Shown here piece by piece: positions 20,808 through 32,159 of a stretch of DNA of 64,000 nucleotides; positions within the stretch are counted from its first letter, which is position 1, and each line of letters opens with the position of its first letter. The notes under the pieces are model-generated. The model had not been told where the DNA came from, ran no database searches, and worked only from the letters and a program-made list of their open reading frames with translations. Origin of the DNA: Acidobacteriota bacterium (GTDB taxonomy: Bacteria; Acidobacteriota; UBA4820; DSQY01); assembly GCA_049968315.1 (NCBI GenBank), contig JBMFRA010000008.1:662-64661 (forward strand). Direction: 5' to 3'. The translations under genes were made by a program, and so were the position numbers.

Positions 20808-20986
20808 TGCAACTCCTTGAAAAAGATCTTCCCCGGCAACCCGCTCGCCGAAGGGAAGAACGCTACCACCGGCCGCGCCGGCCTGTCAACCGGCCGCGTT
20901 GACACCCCCCCTTCCCGGAGCCTAAGATGGCTCCTCCCGAGAGGGGTGCGGCCGGGGGCGGCCCCCCGATCTCCACCGCCGAGGGA

Positions 20987-21559
20987 ATGACGATGAAACG
21001 AAAGAAGATCTTCGACGGGGCGGGCATCCAGCGCTCCCTGGGGCGGCTGGCCCTGGAGATCGCCGAGCGCCTCCAGGGTTGCCAGGACGTGGTTCTCATC
21101 GGAATCCACCGGCGGGGGGTGCCCCTGGCCCGCCGCCTGGCGGCACTCCTCCAGAAGGCCGAGGGAATCTCCCTCCCCGTGGGCTCCCTGGACATCAACC
21201 TGTACCGGGACGACTTTTCCTCGGCGGGTACCGCCCCCGTGCTGCGGGGGACCCAGGTGGACTTCTCCCTGGAGGGCAAGACGGTGGTGCTGGTGGACGA
21301 CGTCCTCTTCACCGGCCGTACGGTCCGGGCGGCCCTGGACGCCCTGGTGGACCTGGGGCGGCCGGCGCGGGTCCAGCTGGCGGTCCTGGTGGACCGGGGA
21401 CACCGGGAACTGCCCATCCAGGCCGATTACGTGGGCCTCTCCCTCTCCACCCGGCGGGAGGACCACGTGGAACTCCGGCTCCAGGAAACGGACGGCGAGG
21501 ACGCCCTCTACCTCGAGGGGCCCGAGCCCAAGACCCCCCGGGGGCGCAAGTCCCGGTAG
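20987..21559 (+). CDS. pyrR: Bifunctional pyrimidine operon regulator / uracil phosphoribosyltransferase PyrR
   Basis: PRTase motif VVLVDDVLFTGRTVRAAL. Start set at MTMKRKK (20987) because the listed ORF start at 20927 falls inside a promoter -10, and a PyrR-box-like leader lies upstream. Confidence 0.88.
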   Translation: MTMKRKKIFDGAGIQRSLGRLALEIAERLQGCQDVVLIGIHRRGVPLARRLAALLQKAEGISLPVGSLDINLYRDDFSSAGTAPVLRGTQVDFSLEGKTVVLVDDVLFTGRTVRAALDALVDLGRPARVQLAVLVDRGHRELPIQADYVGLSLSTRREDHVELRLQETDGEDALYLEGPEPKTPRGRKSR

Positions 21560-21568
21560 GAGCGGGCC

Positions 21569-22510
21569 ATGGCCATGCACCACAAGGACCTCGTGGGGAT
21601 CGAGACCCTCTCCCCCGAGGAGATCACCCTGATCCTCGACACCGCCGAGAAGATGGCGGAGGTCTCCCGCCGCCCCCTGAAGAAGGTGCCGGCCCTCCGC
21701 GGAAAGCTGGTGGTCAACCTCTTCTTCGAGAACTCCACCCGGACCCGCTCCTCCTTCGAGATCGCCGAGAAGCGCTTGTCCGCCGATACGCTGAACTTCT
21801 CCGCCTCCGCCTCCTCCCTCTCCAAGGGGGAAAGCCTGGTGGACACCGTACTGAACCTGGAGCGGATGCAGCCCGACGCCTACGTGATGCGCCACTCCAG
21901 CCCCGGGGCCTGCCAGCTCATCCGCCCGTTCACCAAGGCGGTTCTCATCAACGCCGGCGACGGTGCCCACGAGCACCCCACCCAGGCGCTGCTGGACGCC
22001 CTGACCATCCGGCAGAAAAAGGGGGACTTCCGGGGCCTCAAGGTCCTCATCGCGGGGGACATCGCCCACTCCCGGGTGGTCCGTTCCAACGTCTTTCTTT
22101 TGAAGAAGATGGGCGCCGACGTGACCCTCTGCGGGCCGGCCACCCTCCTCCCCCCCCACTTGGAGAGCCTGGGGGTGAAGGTCACCACCGACTTCGACCG
22201 GGCCCTGGAGGGCCGGGACGTGGTGATGATGCTGCGGATCCAGTTGGAGCGCCAGAAGAAGGGCCTCTTTCCTTCGCTGCTCGAGTACTACAAGTACTAC
22301 GGCCTCACCGAGGAGCGGCTCCGGAAGGCCGACCGGGAGGTCATCGTCATGCACCCCGGTCCCATCAACCGCGGGGTGGAAATCGCCTCGGAGGTGGCCG
22401 ACGGCCCCTACTCGGTGATCCTGGACCAGGTGGAAAACGGCGTTTCGGTGCGCATGGCCATCCTGTACCTCCTTCTGGGCGGGGGCGACGATGAAGCGTC
22501 TCATTCTTAA
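21569..22510 (+). CDS. pyrB: Aspartate carbamoyltransferase catalytic subunit
   Basis: [11 protein letters not shown] carbamoyl-phosphate binding motif, HPTQALLD and HPGP motifs. Confidence 0.95.
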   Translation: MAMHHKDLVGIETLSPEEITLILDTAEKMAEVSRRPLKKVPALRGKLVVNLFFENSTRTRSSFEIAEKRLSADTLNFSASASSLSKGESLVDTVLNLERMQPDAYVMRHSSPGACQLIRPFTKAVLINAGDGAHEHPTQALLDALTIRQKKGDFRGLKVLIAGDIAHSRVVRSNVFLLKKMGADVTLCGPATLLPPHLESLGVKVTTDFDRALEGRDVVMMLRIQLERQKKGLFPSLLEYYKYYGLTEERLRKADREVIVMHPGPINRGVEIASEVADGPYSVILDQVENGVSVRMAILYLLLGGGDDEASHS

Positions 22511-23771
22511 GAACGGCCGGGTGGTGGACCCCGCCGGGGGGGTGGACGAGACCCTGGACCTCCTCCTGGAGGAGGGCCGCATCGCCGGGGTGGACAAGAA
22601 GATCTCCCTCAAGGGGGTGGAGGTCTTCGACGCCTCGGGCCTCGTCGTGGCGCCGGGGTTCATCGACCTGCACGTGCACCTCCGGGAGCCGGGGTACGAG
22701 CGGAAGGAGACCATCGCCACGGGGCTCCGGGCGGCGCTGGCCGGGGGCTTCACCGGCGTCTGCTGCATGCCCAACACCGACCCGGTGAACGACTGCGCCT
22801 CCGTCACCCGCTATATCCTGGAGCGTGCCCGGTCGGTCAGCCCCGTGGCCGTCTATCCCATCGGGGCCGTGACCAAGGGCTCCAAGGGGGAGGAACTGGC
22901 CCCCCTCTACGAGCTGAAGGAGGCGGGAGTCCGGGCGATCTCCGACGACGGGCAGCCCGTCCGCCGGGCCTCCATCCTCCGCCGTGCCTTGGAGTATGGG
23001 GGGTCCCTGGGCCTCCGGGTCATCGACCACTGCGAGGACCCCGATCTGGCCGAGGGGGGGGTGATGCACGAAGGGGAGGTCTCCACCCGCCTGGGGCTCA
23101 AAGGCATCCCCGCCGAGGCCGAGTCCATCCCGGTGCTCAGGGACATCGCCCTGGCCGCCATGACGGGGTACCCCGTCCACATCGCCCACGTGAGCACCCG
23201 CCTCGCCGTGGAGGCCATCCGGGCGGCCAAGAAGAAGCGGATCCCCGTCACGGCGGAAGCCACCCCCCACCACTTCACCCTGACCCACGAGGCGGTGGCC
23301 TCCTTCGACACCCGGTACAAGATGAACCCGCCCCTGAGAACCCCCGAGGACGTGGACGCCGTCATCGAGGGCCTGGCCGACGGGACCCTGGACGCCATTG
23401 CCACCGACCACGCCCCCCACACCTACGAGGAGAAGCTCCAGGAGTTCGACCGGGCCCCCAACGGGATCATCGGCCTGCAGACGGCGGTGCCCCTCGCGCT
23501 GGACCGGCTCGTGCGGACGGACCGGATCTCCCTCAAGCGGATGGTGGACGCCTTCTCCACGGCCCCCGCGCGGATCCTGGGCCTCGAGGGCAAGGGCCGC
23601 CTCGTCCCCGGCTACGACGCCGACCTGACCCTTCTCAACCTCAGGAAGGAATTCGTCTTCGAGGAGAAGGACGTCCTCAGCCTCAGCCGCAACAGCCCCT
23701 TCTTCGGCATGCGCCTCAAGGGGGCGGTGGCGGGGGTCTTCATCGCCGGGACCTTCTACGGCGCCCCGTGA
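22491..23771 (+). CDS. pyrC: Dihydroorotase (amidohydrolase superfamily, ATCase-associated type)
   Basis: [10 protein letters not shown] metal-binding motif and the MPNTDP and ATDHAPH motifs. The start overlaps the pyrB end. Confidence 0.9.
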   Translation: MKRLILKNGRVVDPAGGVDETLDLLLEEGRIAGVDKKISLKGVEVFDASGLVVAPGFIDLHVHLREPGYERKETIATGLRAALAGGFTGVCCMPNTDPVNDCASVTRYILERARSVSPVAVYPIGAVTKGSKGEELAPLYELKEAGVRAISDDGQPVRRASILRRALEYGGSLGLRVIDHCEDPDLAEGGVMHEGEVSTRLGLKGIPAEAESIPVLRDIALAAMTGYPVHIAHVSTRLAVEAIRAAKKKRIPVTAEATPHHFTLTHEAVASFDTRYKMNPPLRTPEDVDAVIEGLADGTLDAIATDHAPHTYEEKLQEFDRAPNGIIGLQTAVPLALDRLVRTDRISLKRMVDAFSTAPARILGLEGKGRLVPGYDADLTLLNLRKEFVFEEKDVLSLSRNSPFFGMRLKGAVAGVFIAGTFYGAP

Positions 23772-23805
23772 GGCCGCCCCTTCCGCCGGTTTTCGAGGGG
23801 CGCGC

Positions 23806-25155
23806 ATGAGGCCGGCCACCGTCTTCGTCTGCCAGGCCTGCGGCGCCCAGAGCCCCAAGTGGCTGGGAAGGTGCCCCGAGTGCGGGGCCTGGAACAGCTT
23901 CGTGGAGGAGCGGCCGACGCCGGCCCGGGGCCCCGGCGGGACCGCCCCCGCCGCCCGCTCCGTGGGGCTCGGGGAGGTGAGTCCTTCGCCTACGGAGCGG
24001 CTCGGGACGGGAAACCCGGAGGTGGACCGCGTCCTGGGGGGCGGCCTGGTGGCCGGCGGGGTGGTCCTTCTGGGGGGGGACCCGGGGGTGGGGAAGACCA
24101 CCCTCGTCCTCCAGGTGTTGGGCCACGTGGCGCGGTCGGCGACGGTCCTCTATGCCACGGGGGAAGAGTCGCTGGAACAGGTGGCGGCGAGGGCCCGGCG
24201 TCTCGGCGTCGGCGCACCGGGGCTCCGGCTCCTGGCGGAGACGTCGGTGGAGGCGGTCCTGGAGGAGGTGGAACGGCTCTCCCCCAAGGTTCTGGCCGTG
24301 GACTCCATCCAGACATCGGCCTCGGGAGCCCTGGCGTCGGCCCCCGGCTCCCTTTCGCAGGTGCGGGAGTGCGCCGCCCGGTGGATCGAAGCGGCCAAGG
24401 GCCGGGCCATGGCCGCCCTCCTCGTGGGCCACATCACCAAGGAGGGGCTCATCGCCGGCCCCAAGGCCCTGGAGCACATGGTGGACACGGTCCTCTACCT
24501 GGAGGGGGAGCGGTACCGGCACCTCAAGGCCCTGCGGGCCCAGAAGAACCGCTTCGGGGCCACCTCGGAGCTGGCCCTCCTCGAAATGACCGCAGGGGGG
24601 CTCCTGCCGGTGGAGAACCCGTCGGCGGCCCTCCTGAAGGACCGCCCCCGGGGGGTTCCGGGCACGGTCATCGGCGTGGCGGTGCAAGGCACGCGCCCCC
24701 TTCTGGTGGAGATCCAAGCCCTCACCTCCCCCTCGGCCTTCGGCGTGGCCAAGCGCATGAGCGCCGGCCTGGACCGAAACCGGGTCCAGCTCCTCTCCGC
24801 CGTCCTGGAGCGGGCCCTCCGCGTCACCCTGGGCGACAAGGACCTCTTCGTCAACGTGGTGGGCGGCGTGGAGCTGGAGGAGCCGGCCCTGGACCTCCCC
24901 CTCTGCCTGGCGGTGGCCTCCACCTACTACGGGAAGCCGCTTCCGCCGGACCTGGCCGCCTTCGGCGAGGTGGGCCTGGCGGGGGAGGTTCGGGGGGTGG
25001 GCTCCGTGGGGGAGCGGGTCCGGGAGGCTTCGGCCCTGGGGTTCACCCGGGGGATCCTCCCCGCCTCGGACTTGGAACGGCTGGAGGACCCCCCCGCCGG
25101 CGGAGCCTGGCGGGGGGTCCGGAGCCTGGCGGAGGTGGCGGACCTCCTCTTCTGA
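23806..25155 (+). CDS. radA: DNA repair protein RadA/Sms
   Basis: N-terminal C4 zinc finger (CQACGAQSPKWLGRCPECGAW), RecA-like Walker A GGDPGVGKTTL, KNRFG motif and a Lon-like C-terminal domain. Confidence 0.95.
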   Translation: MRPATVFVCQACGAQSPKWLGRCPECGAWNSFVEERPTPARGPGGTAPAARSVGLGEVSPSPTERLGTGNPEVDRVLGGGLVAGGVVLLGGDPGVGKTTLVLQVLGHVARSATVLYATGEESLEQVAARARRLGVGAPGLRLLAETSVEAVLEEVERLSPKVLAVDSIQTSASGALASAPGSLSQVRECAARWIEAAKGRAMAALLVGHITKEGLIAGPKALEHMVDTVLYLEGERYRHLKALRAQKNRFGATSELALLEMTAGGLLPVENPSAALLKDRPRGVPGTVIGVAVQGTRPLLVEIQALTSPSAFGVAKRMSAGLDRNRVQLLSAVLERALRVTLGDKDLFVNVVGGVELEEPALDLPLCLAVASTYYGKPLPPDLAAFGEVGLAGEVRGVGSVGERVREASALGFTRGILPASDLERLEDPPAGGAWRGVRSLAEVADLLF

Positions 25156-25167
25156 CCGAGGGGGACC

Positions 25168-25653
25168 TCAGTGGGCCGAAGCCCCGTGGCCCGGCTGGGT
25201 GGCGCCCCCTTCCACGGGGGGATGGCCCGCCGGCAGGTCCGGAGAGGCCGCCCCGTGGGGGGAGGTGGTACCGGAGGGGGGCATCCCGTGGGCCTCACCG
25301 GCGGCGGGCCGCGAGGAGGCCACCGTCCAGACGCCGTCCTTCCGGACCAACTCGTAGGTGAAGGCCATGGGGGCGGCCCCGGGCATCTCCCGGAGCCCCA
25401 CCGCCACGGTACAGGTGCCCTTGTCGGCCGAGAGGTCCGCCTCCCGGATCTCCAGGGTCATCTTCTCCACGTCCATCTGCTTGGCGTCCTTAAGGTAGGC
25501 ACGGACGGCCTGAAGCGCCTCGGCGCGGGGACCCTGGGCCTCGGCGGCCGGGGCCTTCCGGGTCAGGGGGGGCGGAGGAAGGTCGGCGGTCTTCTCCGAG
25601 GAGCAGGAGGCGAAGACGAGGGCGGCGGCGGCCAAGACGATGGCGGTGCGCAT
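25168..25653 (-). CDS. Lipoprotein, hypothetical (signal peptide + lipobox FASC)
   Basis: N-terminal MRTAIVLAAAALVFASCSS; no recognizable domain in the remainder. Confidence 0.6.
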   Translation of the reverse strand: MRTAIVLAAAALVFASCSSEKTADLPPPPLTRKAPAAEAQGPRAEALQAVRAYLKDAKQMDVEKMTLEIREADLSADKGTCTVAVGLREMPGAAPMAFTYELVRKDGVWTVASSRPAAGEAHGMPPSGTTSPHGAASPDLPAGHPPVEGGATQPGHGASAH

Positions 25654-25679
25654 GGATGCTCCTTTCGGGCGGCGGGGGC

Positions 25680-26189
25680 TCAGGCCCGCAACGTCGCCAC
25701 AAGCCGGTCAGGATACAGGAAAAGCTCGAGGCCCGAAAGCGGGTCGGGAACCACGAGGCGGGCCGCCTCCCAGGCCGGCCGGGCGAGCCCCTCCGGCCCC
25801 AGGACGGCGATGCCCAGGGCGGCGGCCGCCAGCATGGGCCCGTCGTTGACGCCGTTCCCCATGGCGGCCACCCGGCCGGCCCCCAGGGCCCTCACCACCG
25901 CCTCCTTGGCGGGGCCGCCGGGCTCTCCCCGGGGAAGCGGTTCCACCGGGACGCCGGCGGCGGCGGCCACCTGGGCCGAGGTGCCGAAGGTGTCGGCGGT
26001 GAGGATCCGGACGGAGAGGATCCGAGAGACCTCCCGCAGGGCGGGGAGGACACCGGGGAGGGGCCGGCCGTCGAGGGCCAGCGTCCCGTTGAGGTCCAGG
26101 AGCAGGTACCGGAGGTCCAGGAGGGGACCTCCGGGGACGGCGATGCGCAGACCCGGCGTCTCGGCCACGGTGTGCCTCCTCCCCCCCAT
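25680..26189 (-). CDS. Soluble P-type-ATPase-like HAD-family hydrolase (COG4087-like, about 169 aa)
   Basis: HAD motif I LLDLNGTL and motif IV GNGVNDGPML. Start ATG at 26189 preceded by a G-rich RBS; the listed 357-aa ORF is an over-extension. Confidence 0.65.
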   Translation of the reverse strand: MGGRRHTVAETPGLRIAVPGGPLLDLRYLLLDLNGTLALDGRPLPGVLPALREVSRILSVRILTADTFGTSAQVAAAAGVPVEPLPRGEPGGPAKEAVVRALGAGRVAAMGNGVNDGPMLAAAALGIAVLGPEGLARPAWEAARLVVPDPLSGLELFLYPDRLVATLRA

Positions 26190-26270
26190 TGTACCCGCCG
26201 GGACCGGGGGAGGTGAAACTCTTCTGGGGCACCCTTCGTTGAAGAGGCAGGGGAACCAAGGAGGCCGACC

Positions 26271-27104
26271 ATGGACCGCCGCACCGCCCTTGCCGCCGCC
26301 CTTCTCTTCGCCTTCGCCGGCTGCACCCCGTCCATTCTGGGTTCCGCCGCGACGGAGCGGGTGGAGAAAACCTTTTCCCTGGAACCGGCCGGCGCCTTTC
26401 GGCTGGAAAACACCAACGGAGCCGTCCGGATCTCCCAGGGCGCCGAGGGCCGGGTCGTGGTCGTGGCGGAAAAGGAAGCCCGGGCCACCGACGGCGAAGC
26501 CGCCCGCCGCCTCCTCGAGGAGGTGAAGGTGGAGTCGGAGGCCGCCCCGGGGGAGGTGCACGTCTGGACGGTCCTGCCCCGGACCCGCCTCTCCGGGTTC
26601 CTTTCCAGGGGCATTGCCCTGACCGTCTCCTACCGGGTGGAGGTTCCCCGGGGGACGCGGGTGGAGGTTAAGACCGTCAACGGCGCCGTGGAGGTCCGGG
26701 TTCCCCAGGCGGACGTGCGGTGCGAGACCACCAACGGCGGCGTGGAGGTTCACGGAGCCGCCCTCCTCAACGCCACGGCGGTGAACGGGTCCATCACCTT
26801 CGACGCCGGTGAGGTGGGGGAGGTGACCACCACCAACGGCGCGGTGGAGGGCCGCATCCGCTCCACGGCGCCCCGCGGCGGGCGGGTGGAGACGGTCAAC
26901 GGAGGGGTGGAGATCTTCCTCGACCCCCGGGCCCGCCTGCGGGTGGAGGCGGAGAACGTCAACGGCGGCATCCGGTGCGAGCTGCCGGGCCTAAGGCCCG
27001 CCAAGCACGCCCTTCGGGGGGACCTCAACGGAGGGGGGGCGGCGCTGGTGGTGGAGACCGTCAACGGCGCCGTGGCCCTCAAGGCCTTGCCCGCCGAAGG
27101 TTGA
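26271..27104 (+). CDS. Lipoprotein with DUF4097/toastrack-type repeats (putative adhesin-like beta-helix)
   Basis: Signal peptide plus lipobox FAGC. At least seven repeats of TxNGxVEV / VNGGI spaced about 20 aa apart. Confidence 0.7.
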   Translation: MDRRTALAAALLFAFAGCTPSILGSAATERVEKTFSLEPAGAFRLENTNGAVRISQGAEGRVVVVAEKEARATDGEAARRLLEEVKVESEAAPGEVHVWTVLPRTRLSGFLSRGIALTVSYRVEVPRGTRVEVKTVNGAVEVRVPQADVRCETTNGGVEVHGAALLNATAVNGSITFDAGEVGEVTTTNGAVEGRIRSTAPRGGRVETVNGGVEIFLDPRARLRVEAENVNGGIRCELPGLRPAKHALRGDLNGGGAALVVETVNGAVALKALPAEG

Positions 27105-27259
27105 AGCGGCCGCCCCCGGGAGGGGGGCTCCTTTCCCGAAGGCGCCCGAAGCATCCGAGGGGGGGCCATCGGCCCCCCGGCCCCGGCGGCACGCCTGAAA
27201 AGGTCCCCTGGCGAAAAAGCCCAAATCGTGGTAGATAAGGAAGTTCGGAGTGCGCCGCG

Positions 27260-30106
27260 ATGGACGAGATCCGCATCCGGGGGGCCAGGGAGCACAACCT
27301 CAAGAACCTGAACCTCTCCCTGCCGAAAAACCGCCTGGTGGTCATCACCGGCCTCTCCGGCTCGGGGAAGTCTTCCCTGGCCTTCGACACCCTTTACGCC
27401 GAGGGCCAGCGGCGGTACGTCGAATCCCTCTCCGCCTACGCCCGCCAGTTTCTCGACCTCATGCAGAAGCCGGACGTGGACGCCATCGAGGGGCTCTCCC
27501 CCGCCATCTCCATCGAGCAGAAGTCCTCCTCCCACAACCCTCGGTCCACCGTGGGTACCGTCACGGAGATCTACGACTACCTCCGGGTCCTCTTCGCCCG
27601 GGTGGGCAGGCCTTACTGCCCCTCCTGCGGGCGTCCCATCGCCAGCCAGACCGTCCAGCAGATGGTGGACCAGATCCTGGCCCTTCCCGAGGGGGAGAAG
27701 GTCCTCATCCTCGCCCCCGTCATCCGGGGCCGGAAGGGGGAGTACCGGAAGCTCCTCCAGGACCTGTTGAAGGAGGGTTTTGTGCGGGCCCGGGTGGACG
27801 GAAAGGTCGTGGAGCTCCAGGCGGGGCTTCCTCTGGAACGGTACCGGGCCCACACCCTGGAGGTGGTGGTGGACCGCATCGCCGTGCGCGCCGGGGCCAA
27901 GGAGCGGATCACCGAATCGGTGGAGCTGGCCCTGGCCAAGGGAGAGGGGCTTCTCGTCGTCCACCGCCTTTCCGACGGGAGTGACCAGCTCTTCTCCGAG
28001 CACCTCTCCTGCCCCGCCTGCGGAACGGCCCTGCCGGAGATGGAGCCCCGGCTCTTCTCCTTCAACAGTCCCCACGGGGCCTGTCCGGAATGCGCGGGCC
28101 TGGGCGTCAAGATGGAGCCCGACCCCGCCAAGATCGTCCCCAACCCCTCCCTGAGCCTCAACCGGGGTGCCCTGGCCCCCTGGCCGGCGGAGGGGGGGTT
28201 CTGGTACCGGGAGATGCTCCAGGGCCTCGCCAAGGAGATGGGCTTCTCCATGGACGAACCCTTCGCCCGCCTTCCGGAGGAGGCGAGGCGGGCCATCCTG
28301 TACGGTACCAACGGCCGGCGCATCGCCTACGACGTGAGGCGGGACCGGAGCCGCTACCAGTTCGAGCACGCCTTCGAAGGGGTCATCCCCAACCTGATGC
28401 GGCGGTACCGGGAGACCAAGTCCGAATCCTCCCGGCAGGAGATCGAAGCCTTCATGTCCACGGCCCCCTGCCCCGCCTGCCAGGGCAGGCGGCTCAAGCC
28501 CGAGGCGCTGGCGGTGAAGGTGGGAGACTACTCCATCGCCGCCTTCACGGACCTCTCGGTACGGGAGGCCATGGGGGCCCTGGACCGCCTGGAGCTCACC
28601 CCCAAGGAACGGGAGATCGCAAAGCTTCCCCTGCGGGAGATCCGGAGCCGGCTCCACTTCCTGGACAACGTGGGCCTCGGGTACCTCACCCTCTCCCGGA
28701 CGGCCACCACCCTCTCCGGCGGGGAGAGCCAGCGGATCCGCCTGGCCACGCAGGTGGGAAGCCAGCTCACCGGGGTCCTCTACGTTCTGGACGAGCCCTC
28801 CATCGGCCTGCACCAGAAGGACAACCGGCGGCTGTTGGACACCCTCCGGGCCATGCGGGACCTCGGCAACACGGTGGTGGTGGTGGAGCACGACGAGGAG
28901 ACCATCCGGAGCGCCGACCACGTGGTGGACCTGGGGCCCGGCGCCGGCATCCACGGAGGGGAGGTGGTGGCCCAGGGGACGGTGGCGGACCTCTGCGCCG
29001 AGCCCCGTTCCCTGACCGGCGCCTACCTTTCGGGGCGGCGGGCCATCGAGGTCCCGCGGAGGCGGCGGAAGCCCAAGGGGACGCTGTGGATCCGGGGAGC
29101 GGCGGAGAACAACCTCCGCTCCATCGACGTGCCGGTTCCCCTGGGCGTCCTCACCGTCGTCGCCGGCGTCTCCGGGTCGGGGAAATCGACCCTGGTCCAC
29201 GAGGTGCTCTACAAGGGGCTGATGGCCAAGATCTACCACAGCCTGGAGCGGCCCGGAAAGCATCGGGGCCTGGAGGGGTGGGAGCGGCTGGACAAGGTGA
29301 TCGAAATCGACCAATCCCCCATCGGCAGGACGCCCCGCAGCAACCCCGCCACCTACACCGGCCTCTTCACCCCCATCCGGGACCTCTTCGCCGAAGTTCC
29401 GGAGGCCAGGGCCCGGGGCTACCGGCCCGGCCGCTTCTCCTTCAACGTGAAGGGGGGGCGGTGCGAGGCCTGCCAGGGCGACGGGGTCCTGAAGATCGAG
29501 ATGCATTTCCTCCCCGACGTGTACGTCACCTGCGACACCTGCAAGGGGAAGCGGTACAACCGGGAAACCCTGGAGGTGCGGTTCAAGGGCAGGACCATCG
29601 CCGAGGTCCTGGACATGACCGTCCGGGAGGCCCTGGAGTTCTTCGAGCGGGTGCCGCAGGTGCGGCGTAAGCTGGAACTCCTGGCGGACGTGGGGCTCGA
29701 CTACATCCACCTCGGCCAGCAGGCCACCACCCTCTCCGGGGGCGAAGCCCAGAGGATCAAGCTGGCCCGGGAACTCAGCCGCCGGGCCACCGGACAGACC
29801 CTCTACGTCCTGGACGAGCCCACGACGGGGCTGCACTTCGAAGACGTCCGCCACCTCCTGGCCGTCCTGAACCGGCTGGTGGACCAGGGGAACACCGTGG
29901 TGGTCATCGAACACAACCTGGACGTGGTGAAGTGCGCCGACGTCGTGCTGGAACTGGGACCGGAGGGCGGAGAGGGGGGCGGCCTCCTCATCGCCGCAGG
30001 GACGCCGGAGGAGGTGGCGGGGGTGGCGGACTCGCCCACCGGGGCCTACCTTCGGAACATTCTAGGGGGTTCCCATGAAGACCAGGCCCGAGCCGTACCG
30101 GATTAA
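27260..30106 (+). CDS. uvrA: Excinuclease ABC subunit A
   Basis: Two ABC ATPase modules ([14 protein letters not shown]; [11 protein letters not shown]), zinc-finger cysteines and two LSGGE signatures; 948 aa. Confidence 0.97.
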   Translation: MDEIRIRGAREHNLKNLNLSLPKNRLVVITGLSGSGKSSLAFDTLYAEGQRRYVESLSAYARQFLDLMQKPDVDAIEGLSPAISIEQKSSSHNPRSTVGTVTEIYDYLRVLFARVGRPYCPSCGRPIASQTVQQMVDQILALPEGEKVLILAPVIRGRKGEYRKLLQDLLKEGFVRARVDGKVVELQAGLPLERYRAHTLEVVVDRIAVRAGAKERITESVELALAKGEGLLVVHRLSDGSDQLFSEHLSCPACGTALPEMEPRLFSFNSPHGACPECAGLGVKMEPDPAKIVPNPSLSLNRGALAPWPAEGGFWYREMLQGLAKEMGFSMDEPFARLPEEARRAILYGTNGRRIAYDVRRDRSRYQFEHAFEGVIPNLMRRYRETKSESSRQEIEAFMSTAPCPACQGRRLKPEALAVKVGDYSIAAFTDLSVREAMGALDRLELTPKEREIAKLPLREIRSRLHFLDNVGLGYLTLSRTATTLSGGESQRIRLATQVGSQLTGVLYVLDEPSIGLHQKDNRRLLDTLRAMRDLGNTVVVVEHDEETIRSADHVVDLGPGAGIHGGEVVAQGTVADLCAEPRSLTGAYLSGRRAIEVPRRRRKPKGTLWIRGAAENNLRSIDVPVPLGVLTVVAGVSGSGKSTLVHEVLYKGLMAKIYHSLERPGKHRGLEGWERLDKVIEIDQSPIGRTPRSNPATYTGLFTPIRDLFAEVPEARARGYRPGRFSFNVKGGRCEACQGDGVLKIEMHFLPDVYVTCDTCKGKRYNRETLEVRFKGRTIAEVLDMTVREALEFFERVPQVRRKLELLADVGLDYIHLGQQATTLSGGEAQRIKLARELSRRATGQTLYVLDEPTTGLHFEDVRHLLAVLNRLVDQGNTVVVIEHNLDVVKCADVVLELGPEGGEGGGLLIAAGTPEEVAGVADSPTGAYLRNILGGSHEDQARAVPD

Positions 30107-31448
30107 GATGGTGGAAGCGATCCGCCTGCCCGACCGGGCGGAGCGGGAGGAGCACCTCCAGCGGGCGGGGTACAACCTCTTCCGCGTGCCGGCAGAGGCG
30201 GTCTACGTGGACCTGCTGACCGATTCGGGAACGGGGGCCATGAGCGACCGGCAGTGGGCCTCCCTCCTCCGGGGGGACGAGTCCTACGCCCAGGCCCGCT
30301 CCTGGTTCCGCTTCTACGACGTGGTCCGCCGGCTCACCGGCATGGAGCACGTGCTTCCCACCCACCAGGGCCGGGCGGCGGAGAACATCCTCTTCTCCGA
30401 ACTCTCCGGTCCCGGCAAGGTCATCCCCAGCAACAACCACTTCGATACCACGAGGGCCAACATCGAATACTTCGGGGGGACGGCACTGGACCTGGTGATT
30501 CCCGAGGGCCGGGACGTGGCGGCCCAGCACCCCTTCAAGGGCAACATGGACCTCGGCGCCCTGGAGCGGACCCTCACGGAGTACGGCCGGGACCGGGTCC
30601 CGCTCTGCATGATGACCATCACCAACAACACCGGCGGCGGCCAGCCCGTTTCCCTGGAGAACATCCGGGGGGCCTCGGAGATCTGCCACCGCCACGGCGT
30701 ACCTTTCTTTCTCGATTGTTGCCGCTTCGCCGAGAACGCCTACTTCATCAAGAAGCGGGAGGCCGGCTGCGGGTCCATGGCCATCCCCGAGATCGCCTCC
30801 GCCATGTTCGCCTGCGCCGACGGGGCCACCATGAGCGCCAAGAAGGACGGCCTGGGGAACATCGGGGGCTTCCTGGCGCTGCGGGACGGCGCCCTGGCGG
30901 CCCGCCTCCAGAACCACCTGATCCTGAGGGAGGGCTTTCCCACCTACGGCGGCCTGGCGGGAAGGGACCTGGAGGCCCTGGCCACGGGGCTGGAGGAGGT
31001 CCAGGACGAGGCCTACCTCGAATGGCGCATCGGCCAGGTCCAGCGCTTCGGCAAGGCCCTGGCGGCGGAGGGGGTCCCCCTGTTGGAGCCGGTGGGCGGC
31101 CACGCCGTCTACCTCGACGCCCGGAGGGCCCTCCCCCACATCCCCGCCGAGGCCCTCCCCGCCCAGAGCCTGGCGGTGGAACTCTACCGGGAGGGGGCGG
31201 TACGGGGGGTGGAGATCGGATCCCTCATGTTCGGGCGGCGGGACGAGGGGGGGCGGTTCGTCCCCGCCGCCCTGGAGTTGGTCCGGCTGGCGGTGCCCCG
31301 GCGGGTCTATACCGACGCCCACCTGAGGTACGCCGCCGAGGTGGCGGGGGAGGTCCTCCGCCGGCGGGAGCGGCTCCGGGGCTTCCGCATCGTGGAAGAA
31401 CCCCCCTTTCTCCGGCACTTCACGGCGAAACTGGAGCCGCTGGCCTAG
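30075..31448 (+). CDS. Beta-eliminating lyase, tryptophanase / tyrosine phenol-lyase family (PLP-dependent)
   Basis: The N-terminal 110 aa ([13 protein letters not shown] ... [33 protein letters not shown] ... [15 protein letters not shown]) align closely to TnaA/Tpl. Confidence 0.85.
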   Translation: MKTRPEPYRIKMVEAIRLPDRAEREEHLQRAGYNLFRVPAEAVYVDLLTDSGTGAMSDRQWASLLRGDESYAQARSWFRFYDVVRRLTGMEHVLPTHQGRAAENILFSELSGPGKVIPSNNHFDTTRANIEYFGGTALDLVIPEGRDVAAQHPFKGNMDLGALERTLTEYGRDRVPLCMMTITNNTGGGQPVSLENIRGASEICHRHGVPFFLDCCRFAENAYFIKKREAGCGSMAIPEIASAMFACADGATMSAKKDGLGNIGGFLALRDGALAARLQNHLILREGFPTYGGLAGRDLEALATGLEEVQDEAYLEWRIGQVQRFGKALAAEGVPLLEPVGGHAVYLDARRALPHIPAEALPAQSLAVELYREGAVRGVEIGSLMFGRRDEGGRFVPAALELVRLAVPRRVYTDAHLRYAAEVAGEVLRRRERLRGFRIVEEPPFLRHFTAKLEPLA

Positions 31449-31508
31449 GCGGAGGTCCTTGAGCGGAAGGGGCAGGTAGGCTAAGGTGGAACGGGAGAGC
31501 GCGGGCCC

Positions 31509-32159
31509 ATGATCACCGGTTTCAACCAGGACGTCACCTACCGGGGGAAGGTCTACCACGTGCAGACCGAGGACCGGGGTCTCGGGAACCCCGTCATCGA
31601 GACGCTGATCTACGTGGGCGGCGAGATCCTCGCCTCCCTCAAGACCCCCTACGGGGAACTCCTCAAGGACGGCTACGACGAAAGCAAGGTGGCGGCCCTC
31701 CTGGAACAGCAGCACAAGAGGGTGGTGGTGGACGTCCGCCTGGGAAAGTACGCCAAGGAGAAGGCCCCCCAGGCCTTCGGGGAGGGGATCATCACCTCCC
31801 GGAGCCTGGACGAGGTCATCCTGGAGTACCTGACCAGCGAATCGGAGGGAGAGAAGCTCCAGGTGGAGATCCTGGACCAGTCGCCGCTGGTGGAGGGGGA
31901 GCGGGGCTGGTTCAACCTGCGGGCCACCACCCACATCTCCGCCTCTCCCCTGGAAGGGGCTGCGGTGGAGGTGTCTCTCGTGGGCAGTGACGGCCGCAGG
32001 GCCCTCCTGTTCTCCGGGAAAACGGGGCCGCAGGGCCTCTGCTCGGCGGCCTTCTCCCTCCCGCCGGGCTCCGGCGGATCCGTCGTGCTCCTCGAGGTGG
32101 CCCACCAACGGGGAACCTTCAGCCAGAAGGCCCTGGTGACCCGGGGAGGGACGCCGTGA
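31509..32159 (+). CDS. Hypothetical protein (216 aa), translationally coupled to thiS
   Basis: No recognizable motif. Its stop overlaps the thiS GTG start (GTGA). Confidence 0.5.
   Translation: MITGFNQDVTYRGKVYHVQTEDRGLGNPVIETLIYVGGEILASLKTPYGELLKDGYDESKVAALLEQQHKRVVVDVRLGKYAKEKAPQAFGEGIITSRSLDEVILEYLTSESEGEKLQVEILDQSPLVEGERGWFNLRATTHISASPLEGAAVEVSLVGSDGRRALLFSGKTGPQGLCSAAFSLPPGSGGSVVLLEVAHQRGTFSQKALVTRGGTP

Noticed and set aside
20927-20986. N-terminal 20-codon extension of the pyrR ORF
   Set aside because: The ATG at 20927 lies inside a predicted -10 hexamer, and the downstream 60 nt carry a PyrR-box-like RNA element, so MTMKRKK at 20987 is the more plausible start.
26750-29914. 1054-aa minus-strand ORF opposite uvrA
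   Set aside because: Antisense to a full-length, highly conserved UvrA. The product is Pro/Gly/Arg-rich with no motifs.
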